64,000 nt of DNA from contig OZ038378.1 of NCBI GenBank assembly GCA_964036045.1, forward strand, positions 166,718,001 to 166,782,000. Direction: 5' to 3'. Positions within the stretch are counted from its first letter, which is position 1, and each line of letters opens with the position of its first letter. A program made the position numbers and the translations under genes. The notes beneath the pieces are model-generated. The model did no database searches and was not told the origin of the DNA. It worked only from the letters and a program-made list of their open reading frames with translations. Below are positions 25,601 through 35,992 of this stretch, piece after piece. Origin of the DNA: Eutreptiella sp. 'Long Island Sound 2002' (taxonomy: Eukaryota > Protista > Euglenida).

Positions 25601-26263
25601 GCACGGCAGAACCTCCGTGGGGCCGTTGATCGCTGTGTCTACAAGTACACGTCCCCAACACCGCTGCCATGCTGCACCACAATGAGAGCGGCAGGTGCAC
25701 AGGTGGAAGGGGGCGGGTTGTCTGTCTGACGGTTCAACGGGCCGAATTGCTGGTCTCATTTCGGCCGAGCCGGACCCGAATACTACTGGACAGCTCGACC
25801 CGAATACACCACCGGACTGCTCTGTCCATCCGTGGGGGAGGGGGAATATCCAACACCGGCCAGAACAAGAACACCCAGTGTCAAACATCATGCTCTTAAC
25901 CCAACCACATCCGACGGTGGGGGGGGGGGGGGGGCTTAAAGGGGGGGGGGGGGGGTACTGAGCCACACATCAGACCTCTGGCTCCCACGGCATTGATTGG
26001 CCCAGTACTGCTACCAAATCATATGTGGGTTGGATGCCCCGCACTTGCCCCGTGGGATGGAACAAAATCGTTGGGAACATGTGGCCTCACACTTGGTAGG
26101 ACGCAGGTGGACACTCGGAAAGAGGTAAGCGCACGCACACTGAGTCGGGTGCGGTACGATCTCAACTAAGATGCAGCCAGACCGTGATACCCATGATCAA
26201 GCGTGGACAGGCGGCCTTCTGAAGGGTTGTCCTGAAGGGGGCTATCCCACCGCCATCGTATAC

Positions 26264-26487
26264 CTTTGGAAGAGATCCTCCTTGTCTGCGATATGGAGGA
26301 GAGTGAGTTGGGCAGTCATGCAAGCGTGCCCCTGGATGCCCAAGTAGTCCAGATCCATGTGAGAGAAATCCCCTTCGACGACCTGAAAGCGGGTCTCCGG
26401 GATGCGCAGCAAATTGTTCATGATACGACAAATCTTCACCAACTCATGCAAGTACTCGATGCCTGTGACACGCACCCCATACTGCTC
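26264..26487 (-). CDS. SAM-dependent methyltransferase exon (EQYGVRVTGIEY...FQVVEGDFSHMD...LLHIADKEDLFQR)
   Basis: Acceptor gcttcaacag (phase 0) and donor AG|gtatac (phase 2). Contains motif II/III-like VTGIE, GD and LLHI.DK. Confidence 0.88.
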
Positions 26488-28038
26488 CTGTTGAAGCACA
26501 GAGCATTGGCTGTCGTTCGCTCCCCCCCCCCCTTTCCTTGCCAAGAGCCCCACAGGAAAACATTCTGCACATGCCATTTCTTGATGGGGCTAGTCGTTTT
26601 GCAAAACAAAGAGCAATGGGAATCCCATCGCTATGTTGGGCCACAATTGGCCACACTGCCCAAGACCAAAGCATCCAAAAACAAATACAGAAGCGAAAAC
26701 ATGCTTTTAGCTCGGTGACTGACACAACCCCAAGCCCAAACCGGTAGTGCTGGGGCGGCGGGGGGGGGGGGGGGGGTGGCGCAAGTTGCTGGCAGCAGCA
26801 CTTTGTGCAGGCAAACCTTTGTACAGGCAACTCCTTTTACAAACGAACCCCCTTCACAGGGAAGCAGCTCTGTGCCAAACCAGCCCCTGGTAGCTTACAC
26901 AGAGGAACTCTTGGAGAAGGGGATGCTTCAAAAGAAGGTGCTTGTGGAGCTGTGTACAACGAAACCCTCGTACACACAACTCCACGTAGAGGCAACCGCC
27001 TGTGTGTAAAACCCCTTGTGTGCAACCCTATGTGCAACCAGTTGTCTCAATAATGGTGGTGGTCCTCATCAAGTGCTTTTAGTTTGTATCAAACATCTCC
27101 ATCAAGAGACATGCATCAGGCTGCTTGGACCCCCTGTCCTGAATTGTTTGGGTCAGCACAGAGCTCCAGAAATAGAGCGATTGGTTGTACAGAGGGTTGC
27201 TGCAGTGCTGGTTCCAGTCAGTCAGTCACCAGTCACAATTTCGCCGACTCAGTAGCGCCATTCACCAGTCAATGTCCTCCGGTCAACTGAGTCACGTCGG
27301 ATTGGTCGCCCGCCAAAGAGCACTGCTGGTCGGCGTACCACAGTTCGAATCCTGCTTCCTACAGCACGATCACACGAACGATCATTCGTGCGATCACACG
27401 AAGGACTGCAGACTGCACGAGGCAGATAGATGAGCCTGCGGATTCCAAAGCGCGTTATGCATGTTTTTCTAGCCCATCACTGGAACTTTGCGCTGACCCG
27501 GATGGTCCATCGGAGCCCTGCGCAAGCACTCTGCTGCTCAAGCTCTGCCCAGTCAACCAAAATAGACCACCACTCTGCGCAAGCCCCAAGATTGAATGGT
27601 AAATGTGAGGGGGGACATTTAACGGAGGTTGAAGATTAACCCGATGTAAATATCATGTCGGGGGTGGGGCTGAAATCGTTGCTTGCACCTGAATGCAACG
27701 ATGCTCTTCCATGTACCCGCTCCATGCAAAATCTCAGATTGGAGCTGTATTGGAGCAGATATGAAAGCACGCCAGGATGGCCAGGCATCTCTGCCTGATA
27801 TCCATTGTCAGTCGACTCGATGGAGTCAATGACACCTTTGTACATAGGGGCACCGTGCGCTAAACCCTCACCAAGGCTCTGCCCAAGGAACCATCCCATG
27901 TGAATCCTGGCATATCTTTTCGTTTCTTCGCCGACGAAGGCTCCTCAATGCAAACCGCACGCGAAGCTGCTTCTGCACCAACACCCCCTAAGCCAACAGC
28001 CACTCCAAGCACGATGCAGAGCAAAAGGGGTCAGATAC

Positions 28039-28161
28039 CTGCATATACCGTCCTGGGCCGCCAACTCCAGTGCCTATGTCGATGGCCCGGGCGTGCTTGG
28101 GAAGCTTCGCTGCATAGCGGCCAAAGAAGTCATCCATGCACTCGTACCCCAAATAGTGGAG
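28039..28161 (-). CDS. SAM-dependent methyltransferase exon with motif I (LHYLGYECMDDFFGRYAAKLPKHARAIDIGTGVGGPGRYMQ); not in the ORF track
   Basis: Acceptor ctctcatgcag and donor CAG|gtatct, both phase 0. Glycine-rich SAM-binding loop IDIGTGVGGPGRY. Confidence 0.9.
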
Positions 28162-31002
28162 CTGCATGAGAGCGGGGCATGAACGCTGATGGGTGTGTGG
28201 CCCTTTGTTCCCCTTTGTTGAGGTCTCCTACGCTACTCTGTGTGTACTTCGCGGGGTCGGGGACAAGATGTGGAACAAGGCAAAGGAAAAACGGGAGTGA
28301 GGGGAACCGACAGACGAATACACGACAAGTGTGCTACGCCGCAGAATGTGCTCGGGTGTGGAAGGGGCCATCACGAGCTTTGCCCACTCAGTGCTGCTCT
28401 GCCCGTCCAGATCCAGGCATAACCCGGGCAGAGCAAACGAAACAGACCGAGAAGAGCGAAAGAAAAGGAAAGGCCAGGGCTGGCGAGTGTGTGCATGGCA
28501 CTGTTAAAAGTGTAACCGCAAAAGAGTAGCAAAAGAGTGTAATGCGAGGTATTGCTTTGTGACCTGAGTACACCTTCTTCTTTGCTGTATCCCGAGTACC
28601 AAAGTAAGCGTAACCCGAATACTCTTTTGTGCCGCACCCACATACGCATGCACTTGGCGTATTTGTGGATACCTCATTTCCACATTTTCTCTCTCATGGG
28701 CGCAGAATGAAAAATACCCGAGTTGCGTCAGACACACTAGCCCCCTCCCGGCAGCGCCAGACCTCGATGGGTCCCCTGCTGAGGCCCTGGTGATGCACCC
28801 CCGCCCGCGCCGCCGCAGTTCGGTCGGGGTGCACCCGCCGCCCCTGGGGCCTTAGAGGCATCAGGGGACCATGAGGCATCCAGACACGCCACAGCCGGGC
28901 CAAGTGGTGCTACAGGCCACGTGGGGGTGCTGCTGGCTGCGAGCACCGAGGACCGACCGCTGCGCAGTGGAGTGGCGTGTCGTTTGGTGGTGGCGGTGGT
29001 GGTTTGGGGGGGGGGGGGGGGCTTGAAGGGGGTTGCAGGAGCGCTGAGGAGGGCTGCTTGGAGGAAAGGGGGGCGGGGGCGGTGGCAGGGCCAAAACGGG
29101 TGCTGGAACATTGGAAGCCTGGGCCCGTTTCCTCACCTCCTTGTGCGGCTTGGCATTGCAATAAGTGGGGTGGCGGGTCGCAAAACACACGCGCTTTACG
29201 GTGTGTCGGTGAACTGGAATCGGAAGCTGCTGGTGTACGTCCCGGCCACGGCAGAAGGGGGGCATGTAAGCCAGTTTTATGCCACCCTCCGAAGTGGCGG
29301 TCGAGCTGCTCGCTGTGCGTGTGTTCAGGGCGCTGGTTGCTCTTGTGGCTTGTGAGCAGATCCTGTTGCGTTGCCACTGCCGCCGCGGGGCAGCTTCGGG
29401 CGGTGGCCATGAAAGTGGAGGAGGTTTGCGGGTTTAACGCAAGTGATTCTGCTTTGTGCAGGTGTGTCTGGGGGAGTGTGCATGTGTGTGTGGTGGGGGG
29501 GGGGGTGGGGGCTGCCCTACTGCTGTCGATTGCAGCTTTCTGCCCTCGTGGCGTCCACTCGCTGGTGCTGACAGTCTTCACATTCGGGGGAGGGGGGGGG
29601 TTGCCGGCGAGTAGCTCTCCCGATGGCAAAAGCAATGGGCTCATCCCTCAGACCACTGATACCCCCATGCCCTTTGCCCTCGTCAAGGCCCTCCGAATCC
29701 AAATGGCTCTGAACGGGAGGTGGCAATGCGCCGTCCACCAGGAGCACGCCATTGCTTGAGGGCCCCTGGGGGCGGTGGGGGGGTGCATTTGGGGCCCTTG
29801 CTAACCCCAGACGACCGGCCGACAAACGCACATCCGTCAAGACTTCCCCGGGACAGAAATGAATCCAATTAAAAGGGCCCGAAATTGGAGGCCGGATTTA
29901 CGTACACTTGTTGTTGGCCCCTGACCCCCCCCCCCCCGGGGGCTGGGGGGGTTGTGCCACTAAGCAATGGCCTGACCGGGAGCCCTGCACCAGCGTGAAG
30001 GCAGGCGGTAAAGGCAGAAGGTGGGCAGGGCGCGGGGTGGGGGGGGGGGGGGCACGAGGCAGGTGGTGTGGGGAGGTATAAAGGCAGGGTGCCGGCGTAG
30101 GGGATGGGGTTTAGGCCAGAGAGGCAGGAGCTGGGCATGACGAGGGGGTTCAGGCTTTGCACCAGGAGGCCCTGGGAGAAACAAGCGCACTGCGTGCACA
30201 CCGCGTGCACCGTGTGCACCGCGTGCACACCGCATGCTAGTTCTTCATCCCTATTCTATGCACTTTTGGCAGGTTACCAGGGGTCCAGGGTTGGCATACA
30301 ACAATGGAGGCCTCCACTCCACCTCCTCACCAATGCCATGGTGGTTGTAGCCGCCCACACCCCCTGTCAGGGGGGATGGGGGGTTCAGCATAGAAAGACC
30401 TCTTCGGCACAGCCCGCACCGAAGAGGTTGCCCCATGGCGTGCCCAAGCCTGTGGAGCAGTCGTTTCGGCACGTTTCGCGGTTCGGACCTCACGGAGTGC
30501 TCATTCCCGTATGGTACCCAGGCCCATCAGGCAATCGTCTCGTGGATCAAGACATTCATGTCACTCAGTTGGAGTCCTCCCCTCATTCTCTTCATCGTCC
30601 TCCTCATCAGAAGTCAGGGAAGTGCTGAGAATGACTCCGAGTCACAGGATTCTGATTCAGAGCCGAAGGAGGTGGGTGATCGCAAATTTTCGATACCGCT
30701 GCCCCCCCCCCCCCCCTTCCACAAGCTCTACTGATGCTTGTGGCAGAGCGGTGTTTACAGGTCGCAGTGCCTAAATGAAAAAGTAATGCATTCATAAGAT
30801 AGCACTAGATACCGTGCACATTGCGTGCACCGCCTGCTCGTTTCTCTCCCTGCGGCAGGACTTGGCTGAAGCGATTGCCCTATGCCATGGTACGCCGGCT
30901 TCCAGCGGTTCGCCACCAACAGACGTATGCCGATCCCCAGCCGCCGCTGCCCACCGCCAGCCACACGTCCTCCATCACAACGGATGTGCACGTGAACAGC
31001 AC

Positions 31003-31159
31003 CTGATCTATGAACCCAAAGTCAGAGGCCTTAAGGGACGCGCCGCAGGTCCAGGCAATCTCCACCGCCTTGTGCAACGTGTAGCGCACGCGGGCGTCTG
31101 AGTACAGCTTCATCTTTCGCAGCCCATCGGTCGTCAGCGTGTGCACGTCCTCGTGCCCT
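31003..31159 (-). CDS. SAM-dependent methyltransferase exon (GHEDVHTLTTDGLRKMKLYSDARVRYTLHKAVEIAWTCGASLKASDFGFIDQ)
   Basis: Acceptor catcgctgcag (phase 2) and donor CAG|gtgctg (phase 0). Joins to give FIDQ|LHYLG, a DQ.HY.G pattern preceding motif I. Confidence 0.8.
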
Positions 31160-33159
31160 CTGCAGCGATGGGGGTTTGGACTGAGGGCCGGCAGGGCTGC
31201 AGGCCATGAGAGCAACGCAAAGCAGCTGCACACACACTTGGCACAAAGCAAATTTTTGTACGTACAGAAATTGCACACGACTGACCCCTGATTCATAACG
31301 CCGCGCACCAGTCGCTTGGACGCACATCAGTGGCTCAATTGCTTCTCTTGCCTTGTTTCCTTTGTTGTGTGGCAGAGGATCGGCAGAACTCGCACCCGCA
31401 CTTGTATGGCTTGGAGCCTTCTTTCTCGGGGCCTACCACCCCTACGGCCCCACCAGCGTGTCAGGGAGGGCGGTGACTGGTCAACGATCGCTCCCTTGCC
31501 GCCAAGGCAGTACAGGGGCTACCGCTGGTCCCCGACAAACGGGATCCCCAGGCCCTGTTTCTCCGGCAGGGAGTGAAAATTTCCGGGCCCTATTAGCCCG
31601 GATTGAGGGAGAACCGCCACATGGCGCGATAAGCTGTTCCAAGTGGTTGGGGTGCACCTCAAGTCTGTGTCCAGGGGGGAGAGCCACCGCATGCCGAACT
31701 GAACAGCGACCACGGGTCGGGGTGCACCTCAACGATGTGTCTGGGAGGGCCCCCACGTGGATAGTGCACATATTCTCGCGAGCAATCCCTTGTGTGTGTG
31801 TTTTTCGTTCAACTGTCAATAAGTGTGGGGCAAAGCAGTCAAGCAAAAGTGGGGGGGGGGGGGGGATGCACAGAATGTGCGACTAGATGGCATGGGGCTG
31901 CAGCATCATCACAGAAATGAAGCTGTCTCTGAAGAGATTGTGTCATACACCCAGTACTCACTGCCTGCGAACCGCGGCTAGAGCACAGCCCAAAGAAGAG
32001 ATCCGAAGCACAGTTTGGAGGGCATACTTGGAGCTCCAAATCATCATGCCGGTGCGGATATTGACCACTTTCGAGAAATATTTGACATCCAATGTACTGC
32101 TCTGGCAAATAATAGTGTCTGGCTTTGTGGGGTGTGAAGCAAACTTGATGTGGTCCTTCAATGCCTGAACGCAAATCAACCGCATGGAATGGATCAGGGG
32201 CCACACAGGGAAACAATTGCTAACAGAAGGGAGTGGTCACTTGCTCCCATGTGTCTCATTCTTGGTACGCAGGTTGCCCAGTACAAATCCATCTTCATGC
32301 CAGGCTCTGAGTGCCGGTTGCTGGTCCTGCAACTTCTTGCCTCCGAATCCCCAACACACACACCGGCTCCACTGCCACTCCCTTGGGGCTTGCGGCAGGT
32401 CCTTTTCCTGGATCTCCTCGTTGCAGCCCCAAAAAAGCAGTGTCTGCCCCGGCTGCTCACGATTGCAGCTGACTGCTCTCGTGGCGCCCGCTCGCTGGCA
32501 TGTTTAACCTTTGGGGGAAACACGCCTTGGACAGCTTCAACTTCATCTTGGGACCATCCCTTTCTGGTCTATTGTAGAGGGCGATGGGTCTCTGGGAGGC
32601 AGGGGGGGGGGGGCGGGGGCGAATGGATTGGGTCGACATGACATAGGACGGGTGGACGAAGAGAGCACCAAGGCAGCAAAATTTGCTTCTGACTGACGGG
32701 ATGATCCGGTGCAACCCTGAACACTTCCTTCATGAGTTACTCTCGAGGCCATTCCATCCGACGGAGGTGAGATGAGATCCCCGGCAGGTGACGCGGAAGG
32801 GGAATCCGCGCTGGTCCACCCCATTCGTCACGACTGACAGCTACCACCAGCAGCAATAGCAATTTTTCTTTCGGGCAGCTACAAGGCTCTTGCTTAGGCG
32901 GCCAAAACAGGTACACTTTTGTACCGCTGTTTTTTTAAAAAAATACCGAGAAATGATGTGGGTTATTTGAGTGATTTACCCTCTTTTTTTGGCCCTGATT
33001 TTTCATGAATGTTTTTTCAGTAAAAAAAGGTACTTTTTTCATGACGTTGCAACAATTTGGGCTCTGCTGTATTACTGCGTAGTAAGGTGTCTCCATAAAG
33101 AAGGATATTGCACTATACGTCCTGCTAAGTGTAGGTTAATACGCCTTTTTCTGCAACGC

Positions 33160-33344
33160 ATTGCGAGGCCTCGCAATACCAGGATTTGATTTTCGGTGCT
33201 TCTGCTAAAATTGAACGCATGCAGAATTCGCATATTGGTAATTACGCCAAATAACATGGTCCGTCGAATGCGAGGCCTCGCATTCCGGTTCGAAATATTC
33301 AAAAAAGGGTCACTTGCGCAAATCGAAATGCGAGGCCTCGCAAT
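33160..33344. promoter_or_regulatory. Left-end cluster of three AWTGCGAGGCCTCGCAWT palindromes (14-bp cores at 33162, 33269, 33329)
   Basis: Perfect cores read directly. The copy at 33266-33285 extends to a 20-bp perfect palindrome. Function is inferred. Confidence 0.8.
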
Positions 33345-33780
33345 AATGTAGCATGAAACAATAAAATGGACAGATCCACCAACTACACAGCATGTACATT
33401 CCCTTTGATGCGGCGCTACTGTATGGCCGGCCATACAGGTCCCGCCGGCATCTCTAGTTTTCATGCTGTGGTCACCGCTGACTTCACTGCCCAACAGCAA
33501 TGGTCGCGCGCCGCAACTGGGTACCGCAGTTAGGATTAACAAGAGAAATGTGGGACCAGTTGACCGTTACAAGTAACCGAGAATGTGCACGCGCGACGCA
33601 GTTGCGCGGAAAGATCGATATGCGCGTGTCGCGTGTGCAGCGCTGTGCTGGCAAGAAATTTTATTTACCTGTAGCATTATAAGTGCCTTTTTTCTTTAAT
33701 TGTTCAATTCAAATACACTTTTTCAATTTTTGAGATGATTGTTCATGCCACGGAACATTGCGCATTGAGCGCAGAGGGAG

Positions 33781-35718
33781 TTGGAACGGACTGTCAGGCG
33801 ATTGCGAGCTTTCTGTGCAACGGAACATGGATATACCACTCCTGAATCCCTATGGGCTGCTGTTGAAAACAACAAGAGCGGAGCTGTTTTCTTTTATGAT
33901 TTTGCGTGCTTGTTGCGACTGAACCGGAAGACACGGCACTCACTTCGGAGACTGAAAGGCAGACCAGAGAGTCGAGCGGCAAATCACTTCAAGGAGAAGT
34001 TCTTTAACCTATACAAAATCTTGCGCTTGCGGTGCACACCCCAACACCAGGACGAGGACGCCCCCGGTTTTGCCTCTATCGGGCGGCAGAACAGGCGCCG
34101 GCTGCGCAGGACAGGGCTGCTTCAGCTGCGAGAGGAAACTATGAAGCAACGGTCCGCGGGAAAGATGCTTGAAACATGGCGTTGGATGGAGAACCGGCAG
34201 GTTTGCGTCTGGATCGACAATTGCTACATTAAGCAGTATGGAACGCATCCAACGATCCAGGATCAGTCGCAAAATTGCACAGCGCTTTGCGTCGTTGAGA
34301 TTCCGTGCAGGTTGCCGTACTTCAGAGGACACCCAACCATAGATGTGCTCATCGGCAGCATCGGCAATGTGGCTGCAGCGCTGGTCAGAATGAAACGGAG
34401 CTTCCGTGGGATAGTAACAGATCTGGGCCTGCTTGCGGACAGACCAGCGCCAATACCGAGCATCAGGGCGCCGCTTGACATCGTGCGATATCCAGTACCG
34501 AATCCTGGTTGGACACCGCTGTTGCTGACTACGCATCAGGTATCCTCGTACAAGGGCCTCGTTGAGGTGTTGGACTACATTGCATCCCTGTCGAACCACA
34601 CGCACCCGATTGTGCCCATCCTCGTTGATGAGAACATACACAAAAGATGCCTCAAGTTATTGTACTGCGACAGAACGCAGCGCTGGAACTGGCACGAAAA
34701 ACTCAAGAGAACTCCCATCTTGTACGGCTGTTGGCATCCCTATAAATACCTTGTGACAAACGTGTGGCGGCGCTTTCATTCTCTATTTGTGTACTTCCGC
34801 TTTGGCCGCTTAGGAGTGGGGAAAACAGTAGGGTCGTACCCGAAGATGAGAGTCATGGAGAGAACTATGGCTGGCATCCTGAAGTGTTCGCCGCATTTCT
34901 TGCGGCAGTTGCGGCGGAAGTCGAACAGGTTACAGGCTGTTGCCGATCACGGTGGGACGGCGATGGATCGACTGAAGAGTGTGGTATGTAAAGCTATGGT
35001 GAACCTTCTGCAAAACTGGTGTCCGCTTGTCCTCTACTGTGGGTTTATCGTGAGGCAATGCAATTGGTCCGGACAACACCCAGGATCCGCCATCGACGCC
35101 CATCATGTTCTCCGACTGGTGTTCGTGCTTTTGACAGAGCTTGGCAGGGCTACAGCTGACCCACTTGTGTATGTGAGGACCATCGGTGTCGCCTTAATGC
35201 ATTGGCAGGCGTTCAACAGCGCCCTGCCCGGATTGTGCTATGGTGAAGAGTTTGGCGAAGTTATGCTCAGTCGACTGGGGTCCATGAAAGACGGACACAC
35301 CTGGGTCGTCACACCGAGCGACGTAGAAGATTTGTTCGTCCAAATATGTCCTGCCAGAATTAACAGACGCCTCCTGGTCAGCGGTTTGTCGTCCGACATT
35401 GAAACAGAGATCCGACAGCGCTTGCACTCGTATGTTACTGACGACCGCCTGAGAATTCGGTACTATCCCTGGCAATCGGGTAGCTCGACTATGGAGAGGC
35501 ACTGGGAGGCTGATCCGGATTTTCCGTCCGACCCTTACGGCGAGCCGGACGTGGACACATACAGGACTTTGTTGACCGATGTTTTGCGTACATTTCTGCG
35601 GCAACCCCAAAACTTCTCACCTGCTGTGCTACGGTTGATGGACAACATGGTTCCTCTGCGGTCTGATGCGCAGAGAACGAACATTTTGGACACAATCTGG
35701 GCCTTTACCGATGCATAG
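33781..35718 (+). CDS. Putative DDE (RNase H-fold) transposase with helical insertion, DUF6589/KDZ-like; true start probably in an upstream exon
   Basis: 645-codon uninterrupted frame with candidate catalytic motifs in order: VWIDN (D146), LVDEN (D283), GCWHPYK (H319) and YGEEFGE (E489-E493). Counted from the ORF-track start. An in-frame stop lies at 33766-33768 and a phase-0 acceptor gcgcag ends at 33774. Confidence 0.6.
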   Translation: MERTVRRLRAFCATEHGYTTPESLWAAVENNKSGAVFFYDFACLLRLNRKTRHSLRRLKGRPESRAANHFKEKFFNLYKILRLRCTPQHQDEDAPGFASIGRQNRRRLRRTGLLQLREETMKQRSAGKMLETWRWMENRQVCVWIDNCYIKQYGTHPTIQDQSQNCTALCVVEIPCRLPYFRGHPTIDVLIGSIGNVAAALVRMKRSFRGIVTDLGLLADRPAPIPSIRAPLDIVRYPVPNPGWTPLLLTTHQVSSYKGLVEVLDYIASLSNHTHPIVPILVDENIHKRCLKLLYCDRTQRWNWHEKLKRTPILYGCWHPYKYLVTNVWRRFHSLFVYFRFGRLGVGKTVGSYPKMRVMERTMAGILKCSPHFLRQLRRKSNRLQAVADHGGTAMDRLKSVVCKAMVNLLQNWCPLVLYCGFIVRQCNWSGQHPGSAIDAHHVLRLVFVLLTELGRATADPLVYVRTIGVALMHWQAFNSALPGLCYGEEFGEVMLSRLGSMKDGHTWVVTPSDVEDLFVQICPARINRRLLVSGLSSDIETEIRQRLHSYVTDDRLRIRYYPWQSGSSTMERHWEADPDFPSDPYGEPDVDTYRTLLTDVLRTFLRQPQNFSPAVLRLMDNMVPLRSDAQRTNILDTIWAFTDA

Positions 35719-35797
35719 AATCGGTTTTAGGTTGATTCCCAGCTGTGTTATGTTATTGCGCGCACAACGGTGCTTTTGCTTCCTGCTTCGTGACTAG

Positions 35798-35932
35798 AAT
35801 GCGAGCCCTCGCAATCGCCTCCTGCAAAAGTACGTTTTTGAGTAGATGTTCTTGCCTGAATGCGAGGCCTCGCAATACAAAGTAGGTAATTATAAACAAA
35901 TACCTGTGTTTTCGATTTCAAGCCCTCGCAAT
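35798..35932. promoter_or_regulatory. Intergenic palindrome cluster: one-mismatch core at 35800, perfect core at 35861, degenerate half-site at 35917-35930
   Basis: aatgcgagccctcgcaat; aatgcgaggcctcgcaat; ttcaagccctcgcaat. Confidence 0.8.
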
Positions 35933-35992
35933 CAAACCATAAATACATGCCGAACGACACAGTTTTTTCCCTTTTTACAGGCCTATTTCATC

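Noticed and set aside
28910-29759. 244-aa and 260-aa overlapping ORFs, and an EPFGFGGP motif-I look-alike near 29690
   Set aside because: These are low-complexity poly-G/C frames. The look-alike is followed by a stop, and the real motif I exon is at 28039-28161.
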